DNA of 64,000 bases from an uncultured bacterium (lineage in GTDB: Bacteria > Electryoneota > AABM5-125-24 > Hatepunaeales > Hatepunaeaceae). The DNA lies in assembly GCA_964627035.1 (NCBI GenBank), contig CAZVKN010000012.1, positions 22,925-86,924 of the forward strand. The letters run 5' to 3'. The notes under the pieces were generated by a model. The model saw only the letters and a list, made by a program, of their open reading frames with translations, did no database searches and was not told the origin of the DNA. This document shows positions 28,668 through 39,029 of this stretch, piece by piece. The position numbers were made by a program, and so were the translations under genes. Position 1 is the stretch's first letter, and each line of letters starts with the position of its first letter.

Positions 28668-30110
28668 CTATTCACCCGCACTGTAGTTTATATCCAGCTT
28701 CCTTGCTGCCAACGCTTCATTGAATCTTGTTACAGGAGTGGTATGAGGTGCTTCATGAAGGATTTCAGGATTTTCCTGAGCTTCCTTGGCAATTTGCAGC
28801 ATGGCATCAATGAACCCGTCCATCATATCCTTGGTGACCGTTTCTGTCGGTTCGATCATTAAAGCTTCATGCACGATAAGAGGGAAATTAACAGTCGGGG
28901 CATGATACCCAAAGTCGAGCAGACGTTTTGCAATGTCAACCGCTTTAACACCGTTTTTACATTGCCAATCAGCGGAGAACACCACCTCATGCATACACAG
29001 GTCGTCAAACGGAAGCTTATATGCATCCTTCAATTTTGTCCGAATGTAATTCCCATTCAGGATTGCGTTCTCGGCGACTTCTCTTAACCCCTTCGCCCCA
29101 AGTGAACTAATATATGCTGCAGCCCGCACAAGCATTCCGAAGTTACCGTAGTATGCATGCATCTTGCCTATTGACTGCGATCTGTCCCAATCCCAACTGA
29201 ATTTACCATCTTTATTATTCTTCTGCCTCGGAACGGGGAGGAACGGTTCCAGTTCAGCAGTTACAGCCACAGGACCTGATCCCGGTCCACCACCGCCGTG
29301 CGGGGTTGAGAAGGTCTTGTGCAAGTTTAGATGAACAATGTCAAATCCCATGTCTCCCGGTCGAGCCAGTCCGGTCAGGGCGTTCATGTTCGCACCGTCC
29401 ATGTACAGCAAGCCACCGACATCATGCACCGATTTGGCGATATGACCGATTTGAGTCTCAAACAGACCGAGCGTACTTGGATTTGTAATCATGATCGCAC
29501 CTACATCATCGCTCAGTGTTGCTTTCAATGCTTCAAGATCAATTCTGCCGTGTTCATTGGAAGGAATTGTTTCAGCTTTGAATCCCGCCATAACAATTGA
29601 AGCCGGATTTGTACCGTGAGATGAGTCAGGTGTCAATACGCGCGTCCGGTTCTCACCACGTGACTCAAAATATGCCCGCGTCATAAACATCGCTGCCAAT
29701 TCACCGTGTGAACCTGCTGCGGGCTGCAGGGTAACATATGGGAGACCTGTAATCTCACACAGTTGATTTTCCAGCATGTCCATCAGCTTAAATGCACCTT
29801 GATAGGTTTCTTCCGGTTGATGCGGGTGTAATCCTGCAAATCCGGGCAGGGAAGCTAAATTTTCGTTAACCTTCGGATTATACTTCATCGTGCACGATCC
29901 GAGAGGATAGAAATCCTTGTCAACATGATGATTCAGGACTGACAGGTTGACATAATGACGCACAACAGTCGGTTCGGAAACCTGCGGAAGATCAAAATCA
30001 TCACGCAACAACTCTTTCGGTGGTCCGGGGACATCATCGGGAATATCGGAGACGGGAATATGTCCGTTGACTCCGTCAGGATTATGATAATCAAAAATCA
30101 GCTTCGACAA
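28668..30110 (-). CDS. gcvPB: glycine dehydrogenase (decarboxylating) subunit 2
   Basis: PLP-fold P-protein C-terminal half. GSCTMKYNPKVNE...HLNLHKTFSTPHGGGGPG. Confidence 0.92.
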   Translation of the reverse strand: MSKLIFDYHNPDGVNGHIPVSDIPDDVPGPPKELLRDDFDLPQVSEPTVVRHYVNLSVLNHHVDKDFYPLGSCTMKYNPKVNENLASLPGFAGLHPHQPEETYQGAFKLMDMLENQLCEITGLPYVTLQPAAGSHGELAAMFMTRAYFESRGENRTRVLTPDSSHGTNPASIVMAGFKAETIPSNEHGRIDLEALKATLSDDVGAIMITNPSTLGLFETQIGHIAKSVHDVGGLLYMDGANMNALTGLARPGDMGFDIVHLNLHKTFSTPHGGGGPGSGPVAVTAELEPFLPVPRQKNNKDGKFSWDWDRSQSIGKMHAYYGNFGMLVRAAAYISSLGAKGLREVAENAILNGNYIRTKLKDAYKLPFDDLCMHEVVFSADWQCKNGVKAVDIAKRLLDFGYHAPTVNFPLIVHEALMIEPTETVTKDMMDGFIDAMLQIAKEAQENPEILHEAPHTTPVTRFNEALAARKLDINYSAGE

Positions 30111-30130
30111 GGTGGCTCCCTCAGTGATCT

Positions 30131-30156
30131 AAAGTTCAGAGTTCACGCTTTAGCGT
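30131..30156. repeat. family E element copy 2 (inverted relative to copy 1)
   Basis: aagttcagagttcacgctttagcgtg is the reverse complement of 14168-14193 (24/26). Followed by a T-run on the + strand. Confidence 0.8.
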
Positions 30157-30232
30157 GTGTTTTTTCTTGTGCAGACTAAAATCTGAACTCTAAACACATT
30201 GTTTCAAATAATGATAACTCAGTTTAATAAAC

Positions 30233-32005
30233 TTATACAGACACAACAAACTGCAGGTGATACAGTCGTGCGTAAAGTCCGTTTTCCGCTAACAATTCTT
30301 CATGCGTTCCGGTTTCCCGAATACGTCCTTTGTGCAGCACGATGATTTTATCAGCGCGCCTGATGGTTGACAGCCTATGAGCCACAACCAGCGTTGTTCT
30401 TCCTTTCATCAGCCGTTCGAGTGCTTCCTGGATGTGAAACTCGGTCTCAGTGTCAACTGCCGCGGTTGCTTCATCTAATAGCAGCAGCGGGGGATCAGCA
30501 GCAAGTGCCCTCGCAATTGCGAGTAGCTGCTTTTGCCCACCTGACAACATAGCCCCACGTTCACCAACCCGTTCATCAATTTTATTCGGTAAACTGTCAA
30601 CAAATGATGCCGCATTAGCTTGTTCGAGTGCAGATTTCAATATGCCGTCACGACGGTTCTCATCACCGAGTGTCACATTCTCGGCAACCGTCCCGCTAAA
30701 AAGGAATACGTCCTGCAGAACCACACCAAACGACTTCCTCAGGTCATCAATCCGCAGGCTGCGGATATCCTTCCCGTCTAAAAGTATTCGACCTGACGTC
30801 ACATCCCAAAATCGCATCAGCAGACTGATTAGCGTTGTTTTGCCTGATCCGGTAGCTCCGACGATAGCGACTATCTGACCCGGTTCAACCTGTAAAGATA
30901 CATCATGCAGAACCGGTTCGCCAGTTTTATATTCGAATCCGATATGATCAAACGTCACTTCTCCCTTAATATCCTCTAATCCGTTAGGTTGCTCTGGATC
31001 GTTTATCTCTGAAGTGGAATCGAACAGCCAAAATACCCGTTCCGCAGCCATCATCGCTGCCTGCATAATATTATAACGTTCGCTTAAATCTCGGATTGGA
31101 CGGAAAAATCGCTCGGCGTATTGGATGAATGCGACCAATGCACCCCATGTTAGTGCCTCCTGTCCTATCATCAGACCACCAACAAGAAGTATCAATGCAG
31201 TTGAGATTGATGACAGGATGTGAATTGACGGGAAAAACAGTGCGAAGTACCGGATCGCTTTGATATATGCATCCCGGTAAACAACATTCTTTGAGTCAAA
31301 CTTTTCCTTTACCGATTTCTCTCGTCCAAAGAGTTGAACTGTGCGGATCCCGCTAATATGCTCCTGCACAAATCCGTTCAGCACTGCCAACGCTTCTCGG
31401 ATGGTGCGAAACTGCACTTGTACTTTACTGCGGAATCTGAAAACAACCGCAAAGATAAGGGGGACTACAATAAATGTAACTAGTGCCAGCTTCCAGTTCA
31501 GCATCAGCATGACAACAACGATCCCAATAAGTGACAGCAGATCTCCGATCACAGACACCACACCGGAAGTGAACATCTCGTTCAATGTCTGAATGTCGTT
31601 GGTCACTCGCGTCATCATCCAACCGACCGGCTTGGAATCAATGAACTTCAGATCCTGCCGCTGTAGATGGTTGAACAGCTTTGTTCTGATGTCAAGCACG
31701 ACCCTCTGTCCCAACCATTGCGTCAGGTACATGTGGAAGTACCGCATGAAAAAACCGAGTACGACAATCCCGATTAGCAGCAGAGCGATTTTGCCCAATC
31801 CATCAATCACTCCCACAGCAATATGGTTGTCAATTCCGGTCTTTACTACCAGAGGAACCGCCAATTCCAGCCCGGTACCGACGATAAGCAGAATAACAGC
31901 CAGCACAACACCCCATCTGTACGGCTTGATGTAACGCAGCATCCGCTTCATCAATCGAGCGTCATAAGCATGTCCGGTGACTTCTCCAAGTTCGGGTTGA
32001 TTCAC
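30233..32005 (-). CDS. ABC exporter, fused TMD-NBD half-transporter (canonical ATP site)
   Basis: Walker A GATGSGKTT, LSGGQKQ, Walker B LLLLDEATAAVD, H-loop. Confidence 0.9.
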   Translation of the reverse strand: MNQPELGEVTGHAYDARLMKRMLRYIKPYRWGVVLAVILLIVGTGLELAVPLVVKTGIDNHIAVGVIDGLGKIALLLIGIVVLGFFMRYFHMYLTQWLGQRVVLDIRTKLFNHLQRQDLKFIDSKPVGWMMTRVTNDIQTLNEMFTSGVVSVIGDLLSLIGIVVVMLMLNWKLALVTFIVVPLIFAVVFRFRSKVQVQFRTIREALAVLNGFVQEHISGIRTVQLFGREKSVKEKFDSKNVVYRDAYIKAIRYFALFFPSIHILSSISTALILLVGGLMIGQEALTWGALVAFIQYAERFFRPIRDLSERYNIMQAAMMAAERVFWLFDSTSEINDPEQPNGLEDIKGEVTFDHIGFEYKTGEPVLHDVSLQVEPGQIVAIVGATGSGKTTLISLLMRFWDVTSGRILLDGKDIRSLRIDDLRKSFGVVLQDVFLFSGTVAENVTLGDENRRDGILKSALEQANAASFVDSLPNKIDERVGERGAMLSGGQKQLLAIARALAADPPLLLLDEATAAVDTETEFHIQEALERLMKGRTTLVVAHRLSTIRRADKIIVLHKGRIRETGTHEELLAENGLYARLYHLQFVVSV

Positions 32006-33771
32006 ATCATCTCCCCAATTTCAGTCGAAAGTCGCTGCCTCCGGTACATCTGTGAATAAGTACCGTCTCTTCCGAGTAGATCCTTATGACTGCTGTGTTC
32101 GACAATTTCTCCCTCATCAAGCACGATTACCGAATCTGCTTGTTCCGCAATCGCAAGCCTGTGAGTGACTATCAGGGTCGTTCTACCGGTCAATCGCTGT
32201 GACATCCGCTCAATAATCTCAGCTTCAGTGTCTGAATCTACCGCAGACAGCGAGTCATCAAGTATCAAAATCGGTGTATCGAGCAGCAGAGCACGGGATA
32301 GAATCAATCTCTGCTGTTGTCCTCCGGAAAGTGTGACTCCTCGTTCTCCTAATAGGGTGATGTAACCATCTTTAAATTCAGTAACATCCTCATCAAAACA
32401 GGCACTGAAAGCAGCATTATAAACCTCCTCATCAGTTGCGTCAGGTTTCCCGAAGCGTATATTCTCCATAATAGTATCGGAAAATATGAAGGGTGTCTGG
32501 TCAACGTATCCAATCATTGCACGCAATTCGTGAGGAGGGATGTCGTCAATATTTCGATTGCCGATAAGAATAGTACCTTCCTGTGCTTCATACAGCTTTG
32601 CGACCAACCGAACAAGACTGCTCTTACCGGAACCGGTTCTGCCGACAATGACAATCCGCTCTCCAGAATTAATGTTTACAGTTATGTTGTGAAGAACATC
32701 ATCTCCTTGATCACGATACCTGAGATTGACGTTTCTGAATGAGATGTCGGGTGCAATTGTGATAGGTTCACCATCCCCATTACCGGAATGGGATTTAAAC
32801 TGCTGTTTTACGTTTACTATCTCTTCAATGCGTTTGTGAGATGCAGCACCTCGCTGGTAGAGGTGCACGACCCAGCCGACTGAGATCATGGGCCATGTCA
32901 TTAAGGACAGATAACCCATGAATGCGATGAACTCACCGAGTGTGATGGCTTCTGTTATGACGCGCTGACCACCGAGATAGAGGATTGCGATGACTCCGAG
33001 GCTGATGATCAGACCGAGCAGCGGCATAAACAGTGCCTGAATTCGGGCAACCCGTAGTGATCGTTTGTAGTAAAGGTCACATACCGCATTGAACTGCACG
33101 GACTCATGGTCTTCGCGAGCGAACGCTTTGATCACACGAATACCGGAAAGGTTCTCCTGCACGTATGCCGTCATCTCACCATAAGTCTCCTGCTGCTCCA
33201 GATTTGCCTGATGAAGCTTACCTGATACGGCGAATACTGAAACACCGATAATCGGAACCAACAGAAAAACGAGCCCAGCCAATATAACATCGAGATAGAT
33301 CATCATTGACGCAGACACAACGAGTGTCAATAGGGTGGCGGTAGAATACAGCATCGCAGGTCCCATCACCATCCGCATCCGTTCGATGTCGTCGGTTGCG
33401 CGTGCCATTAGGTCTCCGGTCAGATTCCGGTCGAAGAATGACGGGGACAATCCCAGCAGGTGAGTGAAGAAGTTTCCCCGTATGTCATATTCAGCCCACC
33501 TTGACACACCGATCACGACGTTACGCATCCAGAACCTGAACAGACCTCCTATCAAGGATGCAATCACTATCAATCCAGAGAACAGGTAGAGATATCCAAT
33601 CGGTTTTGTCTGCTGCAAGCTGTCAACACCGGCTTTCAGCAACATAGGTGCGATGGCATCGAAAGAAGCAGCCAGTATTGCAGCAGTTAATCCAAAAATT
33701 ATACGTTTCCGGTATGGTTTGAGGAACCGAAGTAGAGTTGCGAGATATTCGTTTTTCCGGCTAATTTTCAT
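32002..33771 (-). CDS. ABC exporter half-transporter with degenerate catalytic site (Walker B ILILDDS)
   Basis: GRTGSGKSS and LSGGQQQ present, but the catalytic Glu is Asp. 4-nt overlaps on both sides. Confidence 0.88.
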   Translation of the reverse strand: MKISRKNEYLATLLRFLKPYRKRIIFGLTAAILAASFDAIAPMLLKAGVDSLQQTKPIGYLYLFSGLIVIASLIGGLFRFWMRNVVIGVSRWAEYDIRGNFFTHLLGLSPSFFDRNLTGDLMARATDDIERMRMVMGPAMLYSTATLLTLVVSASMMIYLDVILAGLVFLLVPIIGVSVFAVSGKLHQANLEQQETYGEMTAYVQENLSGIRVIKAFAREDHESVQFNAVCDLYYKRSLRVARIQALFMPLLGLIISLGVIAILYLGGQRVITEAITLGEFIAFMGYLSLMTWPMISVGWVVHLYQRGAASHKRIEEIVNVKQQFKSHSGNGDGEPITIAPDISFRNVNLRYRDQGDDVLHNITVNINSGERIVIVGRTGSGKSSLVRLVAKLYEAQEGTILIGNRNIDDIPPHELRAMIGYVDQTPFIFSDTIMENIRFGKPDATDEEVYNAAFSACFDEDVTEFKDGYITLLGERGVTLSGGQQQRLILSRALLLDTPILILDDSLSAVDSDTEAEIIERMSQRLTGRTTLIVTHRLAIAEQADSVIVLDEGEIVEHSSHKDLLGRDGTYSQMYRRQRLSTEIGEMM

Positions 33772-35051
33772 CTCATGTTCTCTATAGACACTGTGTCAAA
33801 TTCTGTTTTGTTCTGTAATTGAATAGCTTCTCTCTCCCGTAAGGTGATTAGTCTAATGTGTGGCTTTATGCTGTAGAGATCAATATCACCGAACAGCCTC
33901 CACTCATGCTCTCCGCTCCAATCAGTCGTTTTCCCTTTTGCAATCTGAAAATATGGTTTATCCTCATCTAACATTGAGTCGTACAGTTCATCATCACCAT
34001 AGATCACCCGACGTGCTTTATGCTCGTTCAGAAGTTTTACAGGGACAGCAATCCCGTATGGCTCGAATGTCCAACGACCGAATGTTGATCTGAATCGGAC
34101 ATAACTGTTCAGTTGTGCCGGATTTACGGTTGTGAATGAGATCATAGGTTTCTGACCGCGAATCATTCTGTCCTGACCACGTAGCACCCCCGACCGGATA
34201 ATGTGCTCCAACGTAGCGAATCCATCACGAGGATTGCCATGACTGCTTGTTGTCAGCGCATCAAAATAGTCAGCTATAGTTTCACCTGTCCAGGGCGCGT
34301 AATGCCCCCGCGTCCAGTGAAAAAGCATACCGTCCCATTCAGGATTGTGGCTTATTGACAGTTGACTGAGCAGTTTCCGCCATTCCGGTGGTTTTGGTCG
34401 CGGGTATTTGACCTGATATTCATTGTTACAATTACCACTTTCGCGAAGCATCCCGTCCCATCTACCGTCAGGACGAATTGCAACAGGGATATGAACTGAT
34501 GCATGATCAAAAAGCATCTTGTCACGGATAAAATACCGTTCCTGCTTTTTCAGTTTTCTATCTACTACCGGCATTGTGAACATTGTTTTATCAACGTCAA
34601 GATTGAGCTGAATTGTCAACCTGTTGACTGTGGACTCCATCAAAGAAGTAGATTGCGCCGGCAGAATTACAATCAGAGGTATCCCCACCTTACTTCCATA
34701 CCACGAAACATAATCCCAACCGAGCAAATCACAACTTGAGACGAGTGTCCATCCTTGTTCTCGGGTAAAATGAACGGCTTCCCTTACACCGGTTAACCAC
34801 GGTTCACTACTAAGTACTCTCTTCGGCAATCGTGACAACAGAACTGCGGCTGTTGTCGTTTTAGAAGAGGACGGAGTACCGATAGATGCAACCGGATAAG
34901 AATCTCTGTATGATACGGAATGGGATTCGTTATGTTTCCATTGAGACCGATATTCTTCAGCCGATTGTACAGTTATACTCATAATACTGAAAGATAAGAA
35001 TAACCGCTGCTGACAGTATAATGTTGCTGTCTCTTTAGTAAGTTCTATCAC
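33768..35051 (-). CDS. hypothetical protein (427 aa) translationally coupled to the ABC exporter pair
   Basis: No confident family. Degenerate P-loop-like GTPSSSKTT. Internal WDGML duplication. GTG start at 35051, or ATG at 34982. Confidence 0.6.
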   Translation of the reverse strand: MIELTKETATLYCQQRLFLSFSIMSITVQSAEEYRSQWKHNESHSVSYRDSYPVASIGTPSSSKTTTAAVLLSRLPKRVLSSEPWLTGVREAVHFTREQGWTLVSSCDLLGWDYVSWYGSKVGIPLIVILPAQSTSLMESTVNRLTIQLNLDVDKTMFTMPVVDRKLKKQERYFIRDKMLFDHASVHIPVAIRPDGRWDGMLRESGNCNNEYQVKYPRPKPPEWRKLLSQLSISHNPEWDGMLFHWTRGHYAPWTGETIADYFDALTTSSHGNPRDGFATLEHIIRSGVLRGQDRMIRGQKPMISFTTVNPAQLNSYVRFRSTFGRWTFEPYGIAVPVKLLNEHKARRVIYGDDELYDSMLDEDKPYFQIAKGKTTDWSGEHEWRLFGDIDLYSIKPHIRLITLREREAIQLQNKTEFDTVSIENMR

Positions 35052-35137
35052 AAAAAAACGTGAGTAGATCTATCAGTGAAGTACAAGCCAATTGATTGAC
35101 GTTGCAATCGTATTTTCATAGTAGAAATCGGTCAATT

Positions 35138-35170
35138 CAGTAGTCGTGGTTGTCTCAACCACGACTACTG
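35138..35170. repeat. family A copy 5 (perfect single hairpin)
   Basis: cAGTAGTCGTGGTTGtctcAACCACGACTACTg. Confidence 0.85.
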
Positions 35171-35310
35171 ACTAACAACACCTTTATATTGTTAATATAG
35201 ATGAACATCTCAACAGCTCACTTGATTACACATCCGACATACATTACTTTTACAGATGACACGGCTGTAAAGTCGCTATTAAAGCTCTCCTACGATAAAC
35301 ATTAGGAATA

Positions 35311-35958
35311 ATGGCACAAATATTTCCCAAGAAACTGAACCGAGTTCCGATATTGATAATCATGCTTGTGTCAATTATTGGAATAGGCTCGATTGCATTC
35401 ATCTGGTACTACGGCTCTCCCAATTACACCGATGTAGGGTATCAGCCGATTCAACCGGTAAACTTCAGCCATAAGATGCACGCAGGTGATCTCGGTATGG
35501 ATTGTCGTTACTGCCACAGTCAGGTTGAATATTCTCCTGTAGCGAATGTCCCCCCAACACAGACATGCATGAACTGTCACACTTTGATTGGACTGGACAA
35601 GAAGAGTATAGATCCGATTCGCGAATCATGGGCAACCGGAAAACCCATCGAGTGGGTGCGTGTACACAACCTACCCAACTATGCATACTTCAATCACTCG
35701 GCACATGTAACAGCAGGAATTGGATGCGTATCGTGTCATGGAAATGTCAGGCAGATGCCGATCATAACCCAGAAGAAGCCGCTCAGCATGGGTTGGTGTC
35801 TTGAATGTCACCGGAATCCAGATCCTCATCTTCGCCCGGTTTCCGAAATGACCAACATGGAGTGGGAGCCCCCTGCTGATCATGAAAAATTCGTTGCTGA
35901 GTGGAAACAGCAGAAAAACATAAATCCACCGACAGATTGCTCGGGGTGCCACCGATGA
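35311..35958 (+). CDS. actA: Alternative Complex III subunit ActA, pentaheme cytochrome c
   Basis: N-terminal TM helix and 5 CxxCH motifs (CRYCH, CMNCH, CVSCH, CLECH, CSGCH). Confidence 0.88.
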   Translation: MAQIFPKKLNRVPILIIMLVSIIGIGSIAFIWYYGSPNYTDVGYQPIQPVNFSHKMHAGDLGMDCRYCHSQVEYSPVANVPPTQTCMNCHTLIGLDKKSIDPIRESWATGKPIEWVRVHNLPNYAYFNHSAHVTAGIGCVSCHGNVRQMPIITQKKPLSMGWCLECHRNPDPHLRPVSEMTNMEWEPPADHEKFVAEWKQQKNINPPTDCSGCHR

Positions 35959-38924
35959 GTAAACCGATGGAACAAATGACAGGTAAAGAGTACTGGCGCA
36001 GTTTGGACCAATTGGCTGATACGCCTGAGTTTCGTGAGAAGCTGGCACGGGAATTTCCTGAAAACAGCAGTGAGCTTGCTGATCCGGTCACAAGGCGCGG
36101 ATTCCTCAGGGTGATGGGAGCTTCGATGGCACTGGCATGGCTTTCAGGATGCCGCCGACCTATTGAGAAGATTGTACCGTATGTGAAGGCACCTGAATCA
36201 ACCGTACTCGGAGTGCCGCAATATTATGCTACGACCATGCCGTTCGGTAACAATGCTTTCGGCTTGCTGGTTGAGACTCACGAGGGTCGTCCGACTAAGG
36301 TTGAAGGTAACGATTTTCACTCTACATCATATGGCAGCAGTAATGCCTTTGTGCAGGCTTCAATTCTAAACCTGTACGATCCTGACCGTTCCGATATGGT
36401 TCTGAAAAACGGAAACAACTCAACATGGGATCAGTTTATCGCAAGCTGGAAACCTCTGTTTGACAAATATGGTCTGGCAAAAGGTGAGGGATTGGCAATC
36501 CTGTCCGAACCGACCTCTTCTCCGACTCAGTCCAGATTGAAAAAGCGATTTGGTTCATTGTTCCCCAAAGCAAAATGGGTTACATACGAGCCTGTCAGCG
36601 ATGAAAACATAGTTGAAGGTATTCAGACGGCAACAGGGAAGAAGTACCAGCCCGAATATCGCTTCGACAATGCGAAGATGATCTTGTCGCTTGATTCAGA
36701 TTTCCTGCTGATGGAGAGCAATAACATTATCAACTCACAACGGTTTGCTGACAGTCGTCACGTTGATGATGAACATGGCGATATGAGCCGTCTGTACACA
36801 GTAGAAAGCGGTTTCACTATCACCGGAGCGATGGCGGATCACCGGATGAGACTTCAGAGTCGTCAAATAGGTGCGTTTGCCGCTGCATTGGGATTGGAGT
36901 TACAGGTTTTAGGAGTTGAGATTCAGGTTGATCTGTCTAATTACTCCACACATCAATTCGACAGGAAATGGTTGAAAGCCTTAGCAAAAGATCTAATAGT
37001 CAGCAAGGGTGAGTCAGTCATTCTCGCGGGTCGTCGTCAACCCGCATCGGTTCACGCGCTAGTTACTACAATCAATGCTGCACTCGGTAACAACGGCAAG
37101 ACCATCAATTACCGAGAACTCGAGCATTCCGAGACATCTTCACGTACTGCTCTGAGAGCATTGACAGATGACATGAAAGGCAAGAGTATCTCTACGCTGG
37201 TGATACTCGGTGGCAATCCGGTTTACAACGCACCGGTTGATCTTGAGTTCAAGAGTGCACTGAAAAGCGTCGAGCACACAGTTCACATCAGCAGCTCCGT
37301 TGACGAGACATCCCGCAATGTGGAGTGGCATCTGCCGCAGTCTCATTTCCTTGAGAGCTGGGGAGATGCTCGTTCTATTGACGGTTCACTGAGTGTCATT
37401 CAACCGATGATAGAACCTCTGTTTGGTGGTCACAGCACTATCGAACTGCTGAATGTCCTGATCACAGGTGAATCTGTGCGGGGACACGATCTGGTTCAGG
37501 AAACATGGCGGGAGATTGTAAAGGAATCAGATTTCAATTCGAGCTGGCGAAGGGTCTTGCATGATGGTCTGCTGGAGAACGAAACTGAACTAAATATAAA
37601 ACCTTCTATCAATAAGGATGCAGTTGCAAACCTAATTGACAGCAACCCGTTTCCAACCGATAAAGCTGATGCGAAAAATTTGGAAGTTGTTTTTCAAGCA
37701 GATCCGAGTGTTTATGATGGAAAATACGCTAACAACGGCTGGCTGCAAGAGCTTCCCGACCCGATTACCAAACTGATGTGGGACAACGCTGCCATCATGA
37801 GCCCGAGAACTGCAAAGGAGATGGGAGTGGAGACTCAGGATGTCGTCAGGTTGACCTATCGTGGCAGATCGCTGAACATGGCGGTTCATGTTTTGCCGGG
37901 TCAGGCGGACTATTCCATTACCCTTCCGCTTGGTTACGGCAGGACTGCAGGGGGAAGAGTTGCAGACGGACCTGGTTTTGATACATACAAACTGCGTACC
38001 GTTGCTGCTGATGGTTTTGGTATCGGTTTAACTATCAATCTGACTAAAGAAACGTACAAACTGGCGAATTCGCAAGAGCATAGCGCGATGGAAGGTCGTC
38101 CGCTGATTCGCGAAGGGACGCTTGAAGAATACAAACATCATCCTGAGTTTGCTCAGGAGATGGTGCATGTGCCGGAGCTTCAGTCGCTGTGGAAAGAGCA
38201 CAAATATGACGAAGGATACCAGTGGGGCATGACCATTGATCTGAACCGCTGCACCGGATGTAACGCCTGCGTCATCGGTTGTCAGAGTGAGAACAACATC
38301 CCGATAGTCGGCAAGGATCCCGCTGCATATGGTCGCGAGATGCACTGGATCAGGATGGATCGGTACTTTAACGGTGACGAGAATAATCCGGAAATGGTAC
38401 ATCAACCCGTTGCATGCCACCATTGTGAGATGGCTCCCTGCGAGCAGGTCTGTCCGGTTGCTGCCACCACTCATGACAAGGAAGGATTGAACAACATGGT
38501 GTATAACCGATGTATCGGTACGCGGTATTGCTCGAACAACTGTCCGTACAAGGTGCGTCGCTTCAACTTCTTCAACTATACCAAGGAAATTCCTGAAATC
38601 GTGCAGATGGCTCAAAATCCGGATGTGACAGTGAGATCAAGGGGTGTGATGGAGAAGTGTACTTATTGTTTGCAGCGAATAAATCGTTCCAAGCACAATG
38701 CTAAACGGAATAACACGACTGTTGCCGATGGAGACATTGTGACAGCTTGCCAGCAAGCCTGTCCGACGAATGCTATTCTGTTCGGTAATGTTAACGATCC
38801 GAATTCAGAAGTGTCTAAGATTAAGAAGCAAAATAGAAATTATGAAATGCTGGCGGAGTACAACCTCCGACCTCGCACGTCGTATCTGGCAAAACTCCGC
38901 AATCCGAATCCGGAGCTTGTTTAG
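35955..38924 (+). CDS. actB: ACIII subunit ActB (molybdopterin-oxidoreductase-like plus 4Fe-4S ferredoxin fusion)
   Basis: TAT signal RRGFLRVMGASMALA. Four Cys clusters (CTGCNACVIGC, CHHCEMAPC, CIGTRYCSNNCP, CTYC). ATGA overlap with actA. The ORF could start at 35901. Confidence 0.9.
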   Translation: MSKPMEQMTGKEYWRSLDQLADTPEFREKLAREFPENSSELADPVTRRGFLRVMGASMALAWLSGCRRPIEKIVPYVKAPESTVLGVPQYYATTMPFGNNAFGLLVETHEGRPTKVEGNDFHSTSYGSSNAFVQASILNLYDPDRSDMVLKNGNNSTWDQFIASWKPLFDKYGLAKGEGLAILSEPTSSPTQSRLKKRFGSLFPKAKWVTYEPVSDENIVEGIQTATGKKYQPEYRFDNAKMILSLDSDFLLMESNNIINSQRFADSRHVDDEHGDMSRLYTVESGFTITGAMADHRMRLQSRQIGAFAAALGLELQVLGVEIQVDLSNYSTHQFDRKWLKALAKDLIVSKGESVILAGRRQPASVHALVTTINAALGNNGKTINYRELEHSETSSRTALRALTDDMKGKSISTLVILGGNPVYNAPVDLEFKSALKSVEHTVHISSSVDETSRNVEWHLPQSHFLESWGDARSIDGSLSVIQPMIEPLFGGHSTIELLNVLITGESVRGHDLVQETWREIVKESDFNSSWRRVLHDGLLENETELNIKPSINKDAVANLIDSNPFPTDKADAKNLEVVFQADPSVYDGKYANNGWLQELPDPITKLMWDNAAIMSPRTAKEMGVETQDVVRLTYRGRSLNMAVHVLPGQADYSITLPLGYGRTAGGRVADGPGFDTYKLRTVAADGFGIGLTINLTKETYKLANSQEHSAMEGRPLIREGTLEEYKHHPEFAQEMVHVPELQSLWKEHKYDEGYQWGMTIDLNRCTGCNACVIGCQSENNIPIVGKDPAAYGREMHWIRMDRYFNGDENNPEMVHQPVACHHCEMAPCEQVCPVAATTHDKEGLNNMVYNRCIGTRYCSNNCPYKVRRFNFFNYTKEIPEIVQMAQNPDVTVRSRGVMEKCTYCLQRINRSKHNAKRNNTTVADGDIVTACQQACPTNAILFGNVNDPNSEVSKIKKQNRNYEMLAEYNLRPRTSYLAKLRNPNPELV

Positions 38925-38966
38925 GTTTGTTGAATGCTGTCGGGTCGCCATGCTTGATAGCAAAAA

Positions 38967-39010
38967 GGGGAGCAGTGACATTCCTGTCACTGCTGTACGG
39001 ACACAAATGT
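38967..39010. repeat. family C element copy 1
   Basis: ggggaGCAGTGACattccTGTCACTGC. 27/27 identity with 60667-60693. Confidence 0.8.
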
Positions 39011-39029
39011 TCGTTCTCCACTGAGTTAA

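Noticed and set aside
30111-30232. Possible glycine riboswitch upstream of gcvPB
   Set aside because: The region is short (122 nt) and is explained by the family E repeat plus a hairpin/T-run. No tandem aptamer-like conserved segments are recognisable. Glycine riboswitches usually precede gcvT, not gcvPB.
34904-34935. Walker-A-like GTPSSSKTT in the 427-aa protein as evidence for a P-loop kinase
   Set aside because: It lacks the conserved Gly immediately before Lys (GxxxxGK[ST]). Too degenerate to call. Mentioned only as a weak lead.
38028-38615. 195-aa ORF on the minus strand
   Set aside because: Antisense to the actB Fe-S domain. Shadow ORF.
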